DNA of 64,000 nt, taken from positions 95,294,001 through 95,358,000 of the forward strand of contig NC_042997.1 in assembly GCF_006345805.1 (NCBI RefSeq), in the 5' to 3' direction. The translations under genes and the position numbers were made by a program. This document shows, piece by piece, positions 39,701-54,704 of this stretch (positions are counted from its first letter, which is position 1; every line of letters begins with the position of its first letter). A model generated the notes under the pieces. The model did no database searches, was not told where the DNA came from, and saw only the letters and a program-made list of their open reading frames with translations. This stretch comes from Octopus sinensis (lineage: Eukaryota).

Positions 39701-41575
39701 AATAAAGTTAAGCAAAAGTAGGAACAACACTATACCCACTAATGAAAAACCCGTTCGAATGGAAAACCGGTTACGCACAGTAGCAACAGCTGAAGCAATG
39801 ACATGTGAAACAAAGAATCGAGTAGGAGAGATAAGTCATTGCCACCGCTGTCACCAGAATAAAAACAAACTACAATAGAAACAAAACGACTACGACATTC
39901 CAATAATAATCAATGACGGCAGAAATTATGATAAGAGTAACAACAGTGGTAGGTAGTAGCAATAGTAACAGCAATATGATCAAAAGCCACTGGAACTAGA
40001 ACAACATCGCAAAAAGTAACACGGACAGAACATAAATCAAGAAGGTCAGGAACATCAAATTGTAACAAAGGCTACCTTCTGGTATAATATCCAAGAGGGC
40101 AAAATTGAACATCTCCTTAGATCACAAAGGGGGAAAATTATTATAAGACACTGCTTTATTTAAAATTACTGAGAAGACGAGGGCTTTCGCATCCTTCAGA
40201 ATCAGAAGCTGTAACTGCTATGTCTCGACTATATCACTGCGTAACTTTAACAACTCGCCACCACCAAGCGGCAAAGAAGTGGAACGGTCCTTCAAAGATA
40301 TTTAACATGAAATATATATTTCTACGGCAATGTATTTCCGCAGGTCAAAATCCTATTTCACACTGATCCCCTCCCAAGACAGCACTTAGTTTCTGCTCAC
40401 CTTAGCTACGATGCCGGCCTATTCCAAATGAATATACGAAGAAAAGCTATAAATGTAACAATACTGAGTTAGGTCAGTTTTGTTACACACCAAATTTAGC
40501 TCTCTATCGAAAATGTTAGGCCACTTGGTTGGGGCGGATGCCTCGTGGATATTATGTGGTGGAAATGAGAGAGCTGGTTGGGGATGACAATGTAGGTTTT
40601 CTCTAAGAAAAGCGTGATAATCTGGAACAGATGCTAGAATTCATGCTGATTAAATGCTAAGAGAAACTGAATATTGTTTCTGTAGACTTGTATATGCAAG
40701 TAAAATTCTGAACATTGGTGAGTTAATTAATATTTATATGTGTTTACCGGTTCTGTAAGAGCGTGGCTTACAGATAGAAAACTAAAGCCTTCCCTAAGTG
40801 AGAGTAAATGTGTACGGGAAATATTTTACAGACAATTAATCTGCTTTGATCCCGTGCAGTATTATAGCCAGGGTTCTCGAGCCTTGGGGCTAAAACAATT
40901 TTCGCGCCTACCACCTTAATTAAAAGGCTTGCAAATCAAAGGAAGTTCTACGCCTCTTCACATCTGCGAGGCCAAAGGCGGTTGGCTTCTTTGTCTCCAT
41001 TTATTTTAAGCATGTGAGTCCTTGAGTATTGTGATGATGTTTCTGCAATGTAACATATATAAACTGCTTGAAACTTACAAACACACTGTAGTTATTCACG
41101 ATTATTCATGACTCCCCGTGCCGTACAGGTTAAATAAACATAATAGAGTCAGACCGTATGAGTTCTCTTAAAATCGAAACAGAATTAATTATTTCAAACT
41201 CGAGTAATTTAGAATATGAGACATTCTGTTTCTCAAAGTATCTAGTGCATAATTGGATATCTGTAAGTATATCTATTGCATTACGAATATACAAGCATAA
41301 AAGAGTGCTAGAGGACTCCACCACGAGACTCACACATGTGTATGCAATAATGTGAGTGTGCGGAAATGTATTCAATATATATATATATATAAATATTTAT
41401 GTCGTCTTATCAATAAGTATCCGGATTATTGCCATAGTAACGAAGCTAAAGCACACAAGAGTGAAGCCACTTGGCAAAGATTGAACTTGAACTGTGGTGT
41501 GCAAGCACACTAGGTTTATCATTCTAGCTCACTTCCACTGTTTACAGCAGTGCTTGGAAGTAACATGTGTAACGT

Positions 41576-41855
41576 GTGATCGTCGCATTGATCAGGACGG
41601 AAAAAGTTGAGCAGAGGAGCTACATCAAATTTTGCCAAAAACTTGGCGATACCTGCTCAGAGGCCTATGCAAAGTTTTCAAAGAGTTTTCATCGTTTTCA
41701 ACACAACCAAGGAGATCTTGTGCCGCTGAAAGCCGAATGTCTTTTTGGTCAGTTGAAAGCAGTTTGGGCATAAATTTAGCAGACACGCCTCTCAAACCCA
41801 AATCTTCAATGATGATAGACTGAACTGAACCGTAACTAATGTGCACATCCGCACG
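41576..41855. pseudogene. rearranged mariner fragment: N-terminal HTH on +, adjacent linker region on -
   Basis: + strand EQRSYIKFCQKLG; - strand ISYGSVQSIIIEDLGLRGVSAKFMPKLLSTDQK...ENSLKT; the two join at ~41673-41676. Confidence 0.85.
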
Positions 41856-41863
41856 GATGTGTG

Positions 41864-41926
<63 letters not shown>

Positions 41927-42429
41927 GTGTGTGTGTATGTGTGTGTGTGTGTGTGTATAAAAGACAAGTATAAGTGAATACAGCGATTAATACATCTGTA
42001 TATTTCCTATCTGTTTGTCATTTCTACTGTCAGTTTCACAGCATATTTGATTTAAGCGCGCCCGATGCACGTTTCCGTTGCAACGTTATCTCGCAAATAG
42101 CATTTTCACCCAGGTACATTCATGTGGCTATTAGTCGATGCAACTTCTTTCAAGTTCCAGCCACTGACGTAGTCTGAAGCGACCGACATGTAATCTAGCA
42201 AAGCGAAACCAGGAGTTAGCCATCGGATGAAATACATTGGGATTATCTACCTCAAGTCTAGGTGATCGCTACCACTTGCTGCTCTTAGCCACAACTTGTA
42301 TTATTACTGAGTCCTCGAACAGTACACGTCTGGATATTTTATCCCTATCTATTTTTCTTCTCTCTCTCTCTTTCTCTGTCTCTGTCTCTGTATGTATATA
42401 TATATATATATTCATACACACTCATTTAT

Positions 42430-42486
<57 letters not shown>

Positions 42487-43862
42487 CATGCATACACACA
42501 TATATGTACATGCACTTGTATGTGTGTATATATGTATATACGTATGTATGTATGTATGCATGCAGGTAGATAGGTATATACATGTCAATATTTATTAAAC
42601 AAACAAAAAACGGATCGAAAGTCCTTCCGGAGTTATACGGTCATAAGCAGATTTACCGGATTATGTACCGTACGTCTCTGCGCCGAAAATCTGTCCTTTC
42701 TACTCACCACCCACACACAGAACACAGAACACACACACATACACACACACACGTGCACATACTCACATACACACACAGATACGCACGAACACAAATACAG
42801 ATACTCACACACACGAACAAATACACAAACATACATGCACACGCTTACACCCGCACCCCCGCACCCATGCACACTAAGAAACACATATATTAAATTACAT
42901 ACGGATATAAATATTTTTTTAATTTAATTTTTCTCTTCCTCGGTTGTGTCATGTGTTACTAAGTGTTTTCGTATATGTTTGAACTTTGTATCTTACACAG
43001 CATGTGGAAATTTCTAGCTGCCTTTAATAATTTTAAAACTACGATCACAGTCGTTACCTCGATTCACTACGTGTGTTTGACGTCAATGTTTCCAAGGTAA
43101 CATTTCAGACAGCAACACCATCTTGCAGCAAATCACATCAAAGAAATACTGATTTTCTATGAGTTGTATCTGTATGAATGTATGTGTATGTATTTGTATG
43201 TGTGCATATATGTATGAGTGTGTGTTTGTATGTGTGCTTGTACTTGAGAATAAGTGTGCCTGTGCGATTCGTCTTCGTGCATATGTTCGTCTACATATTA
43301 ATATGTATGCGACTGCCTGTCGATGTGTGAGTATTTTATTTATTTATTGTTCGAAAGGTAGAGAAAGAGAAGGAAATATAACGGTAAAGAAGAAGAGAAT
43401 AAAAAAAGAAACGGAAAATGGATAAGAATGACAGAGAAACTTAGAAATTAACATAAATACATTTGACACTTGCAAATTTCTATATAATGATTGAGATTAA
43501 CAATACAATAATTGTAAACATTGGCTTACAAAGCAAGCATCGATTTTTGTGCCTGTGCAAACACACAGGCATGGACAGTATCTATCCCCTAGATATACAC
43601 ACACATCTTATTGTCTAAGAAATTCCCAGTTCAATTTTAAATTTCATAATTAAATTCGTATAGGGGCTTATTACATATACACACACATGTTATCAATTTA
43701 TATAAGGCATTATTCTCCAGATACTTTTCCTAGATAATTTATGCGCTTATATGTATGTATGCATGCATGCATGTATGTATGTATGTATGTATGTATGTAT
43801 GTATGTATGTATGTATGTATGTATGTATGTATGTATGTATCTATCTATCTATCTATCTATCT

Positions 43863-44040
43863 ATGTCTACGAAGAGAACGTGAAACAGTAACAGACAAAA
43901 CTGTCTGACGAACGAGTACATGACATTTTGAGTAAAAGTTTTTGGGACGTCTTTGCAGTCCTATTAATAAAGCTTATTATTATACTCCGGTATTGGAGTA
44001 TTATTTTTTTCCACCTTGTTTCACATTTATGTGCTTATTC
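43863..44040 (+). mobile_element. dispersed repeat (family H3) with two tandem degenerate hammerhead motifs
   Basis: tgt-ct-acga...cgt-gaaa-cagta-acag (43864-43894) followed by ctgt-ctgacga-acg-agta-cat-gaca...gagta-aaag (43901-43938). Confidence 0.5.
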
Positions 44041-45300
44041 TGGTATATATATATATATATATGCATGTATCCATTTGTTTCTGCGTCTATATTCATACGA
44101 GTGTATGAGAACCATATATTTATCAACAGGGCCAGAAGATATTGAACCCCATTAAAATATTCACATTCTCTATAACTCATATGATTTGTGCAACCAAATA
44201 TAATATTCTTTCTTCTCTAGACAAAAGGGCCCGAAATTTTTGAGGAGGGGTCTAGTCGATTATAATATAATATAATATTGATCCTACGTTTGGAACGGTA
44301 CTGGTGATGAACACAAAGCTTCCCAGACTCCAGTAAAGTGTCACATATGGACATGGTGCAACCTCTGGCACGCTGTTTCGGTTCTTACCTCCATATGCGT
44401 TTGTACGTCTACATTTATAGTCCCTGCACCACTGTGAGTGCTGCTTGATACTGTTTCAGCCATTACCTACCAACTCTTCTTGCTTCCTTTTAACTCCCTT
44501 TACATTATTAATCCTCGTATTGAATCGTTAAGCTTGCTGTTTTATTTCTCGCAGAATCTCGGTTGTAATTGTTGAAGAAAAGTAACATAATTAGTTTTCA
44601 ATCTCGCCAGTCTAAGAGAGCCTGCAAAACTATGAACATTACGCTTTCATCTAAACCCAGAACAATATATGTTATGTGCTATTATAACATAATAACCACG
44701 TATATACAAAATCAATTGGGTAAATTTTTTCTGATTATTTTTTAATACAGTTGAAAAGAAATGGTAGAGATTGTGCAGTGGAATCGTTTGCATTAAGCAC
44801 TGTATGTAAATACTTCACATTTGATCCAGCATGAAGTGATGTTTACTTAATTCGTCACTATACACATATCGCTTTAAGAGAAAACTTTGCATTGGAAATT
44901 GTGATAAAAGTTCACGTTTTCTGATTAACTCTTAGTTATAACAGAATGGCCTTCACCACCAAGAGATACGCTTTCTAATTAAGTAGTCATCTTTTTGTGT
45001 ACAATTTAAATGATAAACATGTTTTATGTTCGTATGTATCATGTTTAACTCTATTTGAAGGCAGACAGGAACCTCTGCCCGAGCTGTTCCTTTTATGCTA
45101 TCCTTTCCATTAGTATGTAAATTCATTTCAGAATTGTTTCTAAATGTTTCGAGATTATCTTCTCTTTGATTATTGCCAATATTAGATGCAGTTTACTTCT
45201 TTTTTCTTTCTTTTCCTTTTGATTCACTAGAGCATTAAAGAAATACTAATAAATTAGACATTTGTGTGCATTTGTCCTTAACCACTACGCACTATACCCG

Positions 45301-46975
<1,675 letters not shown>

Positions 46976-46989
46976 GTTTTTTGTTATTC

Positions 46990-49900
46990 TTCTTGAAACG
47001 GATACGCCCTAATGAAATCTCTAGTTGGTACTTTCAATGGTTTTTTTCACTGTTGTTGGGACCAATTTGGTTCTAGATATCGTTAACGATAACTTTAAGA
47101 ACCAGGTTGTGTCGCCATGTATAGCTGTTCAATGCTAAGGAAGAGTTAGAAAGAATATATTTCAGTATTCCAACCTTTCCACATTTTCATATATCATTCC
47201 CTGAGACTTTCCATCTTACTAGCTTCTTAGCTGATGGCAAAACATCATAGGATGAACGAATCGGAAATCTTAGCCGAGGTGTGGACCACCTCCATATCTC
47301 ATTCCAACTTATTTTCCACTCAACAACATGTTCTTCCCATCTCGTCATCTGTCCTTGTTGAATGCATCGGATCAAGTGACATTCTCTTCTCTCTGTTTCC
47401 CTAGTTTTGATGCTTTTGCTAACAGATCTGCGTTCGCTCCGCATCATACTTGCAAACTGTCTGAACTGATCTGCGCCAAAACAATCTCCCTTCAGATGAG
47501 TTTTGCATTGCACCTACCATATCACGGTGTGTAAGAGTAGACAAGATATCATCAGCCACCGCTTCTGTTTTCCACTTCCTTGCTGTTTTCGCCACTGGTG
47601 GATTACACTTGAGTTCTATGTCTTTCGATTCTCTCAGGATCATCACTGTTCGTACCTTCCCAAGTTCAGATATTTCGACTATTGACGCCTGTTGTAACTG
47701 CAACGAGCCTCTTTTACGATAAAGAGCTGAACTGTTCAACATCCGAGGTCGGCCTAGCCACTTTCTAATGAACACATTACATTTTTGTTCAATGATCTGA
47801 ACTCGTGACAATGCTACCTCGTATATTAAATGTGACAACGAAAGTTGCGGATACAAGCCGAACTGCAAGCACTAAATTTGATATTTACCTGGTAACTTTG
47901 ATATATCAACGGCTGATAATCCAACATCAGCTTGTTTCATAATTTCCATTTCGTGACTCCTTTCTGACAATGTTCCAGCATATACTCGCCCAGAGCTTTT
48001 GACGGGTTCTTCTTTGACTCTTGGAATGCTTTCTTCAGCTATTGAAACTTAAATTATTTCTGCACTCACTTAACAATTATCAGACAACGCGACTTTTTTG
48101 CCCTAAACCGCATCCTTGGCCACCAAACAAGCTCGTCTAATCTCAAGAGGGCACTCTGCATGCTTTGTTTATCTGTAGATACATGTGACATATCATCCAT
48201 GGAGACTTTCTTAGGCGATTGTATATTTGTTCGAAAAATGCATGGCTTTCAAAATCATCTCCATGACTAAGATAAACTATGTGACAGATATTGTACAGCC
48301 AGCAGCAATGCCAATTTTCAATCGGTACCATCCTGTTGTAAAATCTCCAGCTGTAAACCTCATCTTGAAGCTGTCATAACATATTCTCATTATTTTCGTT
48401 ACTTTGGAATGTAGAAGTGGTCCATGGCTCTCACCAGTAATTCGTGTGGCACTCAGCCATATGCATTAGCGACGTGAAGCTATACTACGTTCAGACTTCT
48501 CTTGTTCGGTTTGACATCCTAGATCGCTTTATAGATCAGAAAAAAGTGTTGAACGCATCCAGGGATCCCAGTGATTCCGGCCTTTTGAACAGATTCGTCA
48601 ACATATCCATTACTCTGTAAATATCTCACTGCTTTCCTTGAAAGAATTCTCATAAAGATCTTGACTTCCACATTCAATAAGGATATCAGCCTAAACTGTT
48701 TTATAGTCTCTGCATTGGCCTCCTGTGGCAGGTATATGCCTTTGCCTTACACCAATACTTTGCTACAATCTCTTCGCGCCACAGCTGTTGGAGTAGAACA
48801 AAGAGCTTTTGCAGACGATTGCAGTATGAGTAAACTTTATACGAGACACCATCACCTCCTGGGGCATTCTTTGCTCTAGTGTTTCATTCACCTCTGTCTT
48901 CCTGATGTTCCGTATTTGAAATTTGATATCAGGTTCTAAGAGATGATTTAGCTCCTGTAGAGGAGGCAGTGGATGGTTATGGTACGGATCTTTGTAGGTT
49001 TCTTTGATATGAGCGTCCAATTCTTCTTTTGTGCACGATAAAGTACCACACGTCGGTTCAGTGACCAGCTTCAGAGTAAACCCGTGCGGGTCTTTCAGAA
49101 ACTGCCTCCGAGTCAATTTACTCTCCTTTCGTTGCTCTTATTGGCGGATATATCGTTGCACATGACGGCATTCGTGTTCAAATCGTCGTACAACAGCGCG
49201 AGGCCAGATTCTTCATCTTCGGTAGCATATTTCCATCGATTTCTTAGGCTGGTCTTTTCCTTCCTCAACTGTTTTATTTTCCTGATTCTCCTGCTTGGTC
49301 CACACTTTCCTTTCGCTAATCGGATACTATCTTTCACTCCAAATAAGTCCTTTCCTGTATCGTAAATTGAACTTGTTAACTTTCCCGGTCTCTCCATTGT
49401 AGAGCCTGTAATTTTATAAAGAGCTCAATATACCTTGTTTTGAAACACTTTATATTTTCCTTTCTCATTATCAGCAGGCCCAAAAATCCTCGGTTTCTTC
49501 CGAGTACTATCTGATGCACCAGTTTCATAACCTGCAGTTTCCTGTCAGGTAGAGGTCTTTGCTGTAGCATTTATCGATTTGCTATGTTTTGAGTCCGGGG
49601 ATGATTTGCCACGTGCTTTACGATCAGCTGATCTATACTACTCTGTCCTCTTCTTACAAGTCTTTCCCTGTTGTATCTTCAAGCCTCTCTCGGTTGCAAA
49701 GATCCTACAGCACAGCTTGCATCCAAAGTTGCTGGTACTCGTTCGCTGTTCGAATGAATAGCCGTACTCGTGTACATGTTTCTTTCCGTGTTAACTGGGT
49801 TTGATTGATTCTCGACTCCCCACTCTCGGTCAATCGTGGGATTGTCATTCTCATTGGTATCTGTTACAACATATTACAAAGGCGAGGATCGTACGTCTGC

Positions 49901-49990
49901 AGCCTCCGCCAGCCTTTCCTGGTGTCGATAGTCTTTCCCATTGTCCGCCCGTCTTTCCGAATATATTTAGATTAACTATGATGCTAGAGT
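46990..49990 (-). mobile_element. HERO-like non-LTR retrotransposon, degenerate, lacking the 3' endonuclease
   Basis: N-terminal zinc finger (LCCRIFATE/RGLKIQQGKTC); FLKDPHGF...KEELDAHIKETY; RT motifs (RLISLLNVEVKIF, GIAAGCTISV, SMDD, KKSR); RKWLG; YDVLPSAKKLVRW; CGKVGILKYILSN...YTWRHN. Many frameshifts. Confidence 0.88.
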
Positions 49991-50799
49991 TTTTTTTTTC
50001 CTACCTGAACATGGCAGGTGCAAACTTTATTCATATACTTAGAGTAAAGTTTTCTGTTAATTAATGTTTTTTTTTTTAAATTCCAAGATCAAATATCTTT
50101 CGATATTTGCTAATCATTATTGAATCAGAATAATCAAAACAGATTTGAATCTTCGAAATACGATGTAAAGTAGCAAATCAAATTTTAGTGTCTCCAAAAT
50201 ATCCTTAGATAAACGTTTTTGAATAAAATATAATTCTCTATAATTTAATTTTCCTGATCTGTTTCATCAAAATTACACGGTAAAGTATTCATTCATAAAA
50301 TATTTATAAGTGAAATCTTAAATATTATTGATTTCTGTTATTTACTTTCTATTAGAGTTTCTAAGTTTCTTATAATTATTATTTGCTTCCAGAGCAAAAT
50401 ATCGTGCAGATTTATGTGCTTTTTTTACCTGAAAGAATTTTCAGTATTCTTATATTATATTGAAATAAATAATATTTTAATTGCGATTTAAAGTTAAAAC
50501 TACTATATTCGTTGTCTACAAATATTCAAGCGATTTGATAACATAATTCTCAGAAATAATTTGGAACATTCTCAAGGCACTTGCTATGTGGATTTATTCA
50601 GTTTTCAGTTTTATTCGTTTTGTTTTTTATGAACTTTTCTTATATTTCAATATTTTATATTTGCACAGTTTGCAAATAATGTTTAGGAACAGATTACTAT
50701 ATGTTGCAACGTATACTTTTACAATAGGCGGTGAAGGGAATATATGTCTAAAACTTGGATATTGTAGCCTTTAGACATAATTAAACCATAAGAGAAATA

Positions 50800-51320
50800 T
50801 TAAACATTACTTCTAACCTCAAGAAAATTATTATTGGTGTTTCTGAACTTTGTACCTTGAAAAACAGCCGCAAGAGTGTTAAGTCCTGTTCGTTGCGCAG
50901 CGACATGTGTCAAGTCAATTACATCTTGAATCATATGAGGAATGTTATGATTTATTCGGAAGATGGAACATGTAAAGCTACCCATTTGGTGTACGCCGCA
51001 GAATGCACCATACACAACTTGATTTATATTTGTTGTACAGCAGAACAATTAAACAAAATTTTCAATGGGTATCGGTATGATATTAGGCACAATAGCAGTA
51101 GTTCGACAGCACTTGCCAAATATTTTACATCAAATGGCTGCAATTTTGAGGAACATGTGAAAGCGCACATTCTCAGAAAATATTCAGAATCTACTACCCA
51201 TTCAGTCCTCAAAATGCATGACGACCGATATATTTGCGAATTACTAAAATCACCTCCTAGAGAATGAATAAAATGAAAGGTGAATTTCATCACATATACA
51301 CAAAACTGTTGGATTAAATA
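50800..51320 (+). mobile_element. Penelope-like GIY-YIG endonuclease fragment
   Basis: ORF 50857-51267: TCKATHLVYAAECTIHNLIYICCTAEQLNKIFNGYRYDI...ALAKYF...YICEL, a GIY-YIG pattern (VY...YI...R..H-like). Confidence 0.8.
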
Positions 51321-51574
51321 TTCTTTTTTCTTTTTTTCTGTATTTTTCCTGTCACCAGTTACAAAACAGAAACCTTATGATGTCATTCTATCAAAATACG
51401 AACACGGGATTTCCTCGTTTATATTTTGAATTTCTGTGTTTCTGCAGTTGTTTTCTTTCTAAATTTTGAACTTGAAGATAGACGATCTGTCGATATATCG
51501 TTCAAACCGTTAAAAACACAATCTATTACAAATTGCATCGCACTCTTCTTATTGTGTATACAGGAGATGTGCTT

Positions 51575-51830
51575 ACAAGTAGTTGGGGATTTGGGAAATG
51601 GATAAATTGATGGAGAAAGAAATGACAGAAAAATTTAAGGTGGAGTACTTGCGCAGACTCAGGCTGATCCTTAAGTCGAAATTAAACGGACGGAATAAGA
51701 TTGAAGCTATCAAAATCTGGGCATTTTCACTCCTTAGATACGGAGCAGGGGTAATCGCATGAACAGTAAACGAACTAAACAACTTAGATAGAAAGACAAG
51801 GAAGTTGCTAACTAGACATGGGACACTTTC
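51575..51830 (+). mobile_element. R4/Dong-like LINE RT domain 7/thumb fragment
   Basis: YK*LGIWE...EYLRRLRLILKSKLNGRNKIEAIKIW...LRYGAGVIA*TVNELNNLDRKTRKLLTRHG. Confidence 0.85.
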
Positions 51831-51924
51831 AACAATATGAGTACGCCATGATGTTTCCAGACATGAGTTCTACTCATGTGTCAAGTTTCATCAAAATTGA
51901 TAAAGCGATGTAGGAGGACATTAT

Positions 51925-52092
51925 TTACATTATTTACATAAATTACATTCGACGGCTATTTGTCTTCATCTTGTTTGTTGTTAACACAATGTTTCGGCTG
52001 ATATACGCTCCAGCCTTCTTCAGATGTCTTCGGCAAATTTCGAACCTGGGTTCTCATTCCTAAGGTATTTTTCGATGATGTTGTTGTTGTTG

Positions 52093-52129
<37 letters not shown>

Positions 52130-52252
52130 CATTATTATTATTATTATTATTATTGTTTTCTTTTGCTGTTATTGTTCAGGTCACTGCTTGGAATAGAACT
52201 CGGAATCTTAGGGTTAGTAGCCCGCACTCTTAACCAATGCGCCATATGCCCG
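51925..52252 (-). mobile_element. family H2 element, copy 4
   Basis: Reverse complement: gggcatatggcgcattggttaagagtgcgggctactaaccctaagattccgagttctattccaagcagtgacctg, (AAT/AAC)n, tail with an HHR at 51983-52028. Confidence 0.85.
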
Positions 52253-52353
52253 TAGGAGGAGATAGATAACAACTCCGCAAACAAACACACCTACACACAG
52301 AATTTCCCACATATGTAGTAAAGTGCGTGTATCTATACATGCACGTATACACG

Positions 52354-52398
<45 letters not shown>

Positions 52399-52429
52399 AT
52401 GTATATGTGTATACAGGTGTACACACACA

Positions 52430-52486
<57 letters not shown>

Positions 52487-52876
52487 TTATATTCTAAATA
52501 TACGCAGTCTTCTAGTCTTAGATTTTTGTTGATAAAGAGATAGTTAAATTGGAAATCAATTACAAACCTATGAACTCCACCGTAAAAATTTCCTCCCGCT
52601 ATAAAAATTGTAGTCTTGTTCTTCTTTTAGCTGTTCTTGCTACCATAGTGACAACATGAAATTCTTCCATCCTATTGCTTTGTTAGAATATTTAAGATAA
52701 GATTACATGAATATAACTTGGCTGTTGAAAATCAATATTTGTGCAGCAGAAGATGGCGCGTTATTTAAATTGATGTTATTTAAATGACTGCATTGTTCAG
52801 TTAAATAGAGTTGCTTGAAACGGTTGTACTGCATTACTATTTGAAATCCTCTTACTTATGTTTGTTATATATATAT

Positions 52877-53101
52877 AGGCGAGCTGGCAGAATCGTTAGC
52901 ACGCCGGGCGAAATGCGTAGCCGTATTTCGTATGTCGTTACGTTCTGAGTTCAAATTCCGCCGACGTCGACTTTGCCTTTCATCCTCTCGGGGTCGATAA
53001 ATAAAGTACCAGTTTCGCACTGGGTCGATGTAATCGACTTAATCCCATTTCTGTCCTTGTTTGTCCCCTCTATGTTTAGCCCCTTGTGGGTAGTACAGAA
53101 A
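52877..53101 (+). mobile_element. tRNA-derived SINE family B, near full length
   Basis: ggcgagctggcagaatcgttagcacgccgggcgaaatg...gttctgagttcaaattccgcc (A and B boxes) plus the shared body. Confidence 0.85.
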
Positions 53102-53158
53102 TATATATATATATATACATACATATATACATATACATATACATATATATATATATAC

Positions 53159-53189
<31 letters not shown>

Positions 53190-53196
53190 CATACAT

Positions 53197-53306
<110 letters not shown>

Positions 53307-53477
53307 GTGGTGTGTGAAAGTACGTGGTCGGATATATAGAAAATTGAAAAGAGTGAAAAAAATACAGAAGGCTTGTTTTATAAGGTTAAAGAATATATTT
53401 AAGTCGTTATGATAGAAGAATGTTATAAAAGTTTTCATATAGTAACATAGTTTTTGAATTCGTATTCCTATGTGAAA

Positions 53478-53775
53478 GCACATGGCTCAGTGGTTAGAGC
53501 GTTAAGCTTCCGATTTTGAGGCTGTGTGTTGTGTTCTTGAGCAAGACACTTTATTTTACGTTGCTACAGTTCACTCAGCTGTAGAAATGATTTGCGACGT
53601 CACAGGTGCCAAGCTGTATCGGCCTTTGCCTTTCGCTTGGATAACACTGGTGGCGTGGAGAGGGGAGGCCGGTATGCATGGACTTCCATAAACAACCTTG
53701 CCCGGATTTGTACTTGGTAGGTTAACATTCTAGGTGCAATCCTACGGTCAGTCATGACCGAAGGGGGTCTCAGCG
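53478..53775 (+). mobile_element. tRNA-derived SINE family C
   Basis: Head gcacatggctcagtggttagagcg (A box); body cttgagcaagacactttattttacgttgct.cagttcactcagctg. Confidence 0.7.
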
Positions 53776-53924
53776 TATTCATATATTTCTATATGTGTAT
53801 CTATATTGTGTGTAGATGTGTTTATTTTTGAATGTATATGCACAGACATACACAAATATATATATATATATGGGTGTGTGTGTGTGTATGTGTGTGTATG
53901 TGTGTGTGTATGTGTGTGTGTGCG

Positions 53925-54283
53925 AGTGGCGCAATGGCCCAGTGGTTAGAGCAGCGGACTCGCGGTCATGGGTCCCAGTTTTGATTCCCAGACCGGGCGT
54001 TGTGCGTGTTAAATGAGCGAAAATCCCTAAAGCTCTACTATGCTCCTGCGCGGGGTTGTGGTGAACCCTTTTGTACTCTATCACCACAACTTTCTCTCAC
54101 TCTTTCTTCCTTCAAAGTGTCAGCTTTATCACGCTCTGTGTCACGCTGAATCCTCCCGAAAACTACGTTAAGCGTGCACGTGTCTGTGGAGTGCTCAGTC
54201 AGTTGGACGTTAATTTCACGAGCAGGCTATTCCATTGACCAGATCAACTGGAACCCTCTTCGTCGTAACCGACGGAATGCCAC
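53925..54283 (+). mobile_element. tRNA-derived SINE family D; tail fragment also at ~57965-58060
   Basis: ggcgcaatggcccagtggttagagcagcggactcgcggtc...ttttgattccc; the tail gctgaatc...gtctgtggagt.ctcag is shared with 57985-58050. Confidence 0.75.
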
Positions 54284-54357
54284 GATATATATATATATAT
54301 ATATGATTAATGAAATAGCCTGCTCGCTGCTCGTGATCAATGGAATAGCCTGCTAGT

Positions 54358-54396
<39 letters not shown>

Positions 54397-54397
<1 letters not shown>

Positions 54398-54600
54398 TTA
54401 ATCCAAACAAGAAAACACAGAAAAAAACACAGCAACGCGAGGACGTGGAACAATTAAAGTATTATTTGACGCTCAGGAAAGAAGGGAAGGAGGATTTAAC
54501 GTTTCGAGCGGAGCTCTTCGTCGGAAACAAAGGAGAAGGAAAGATCCCGAGAAGGGAAGACAGACGAAAATGTTTTTTTTGCTGGTGGTGCTCAAGAGAT
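54397..54600 (-). mobile_element. family H1 repeat, copy 2
   Basis: Aligns with 10948-11130; HHR fold at 54494-54528 on the minus strand. Confidence 0.75.
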
Positions 54601-54659
54601 CACATGTATATATGATTAATGTATATATGATTAATGAAATAGCCTGCTCGTATATATAT

Positions 54660-54704
<45 letters not shown>

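Noticed and set aside
44290-44470. Possible RTE LINE C-terminal zinc motif on minus
   Set aside because: Requires several frameshifts; resemblance too weak.
51375-51410. CUUAUGA...GAAC after the PLE GIY-YIG fragment
   Set aside because: Expected position for an HHR, but two core changes and no helix II.
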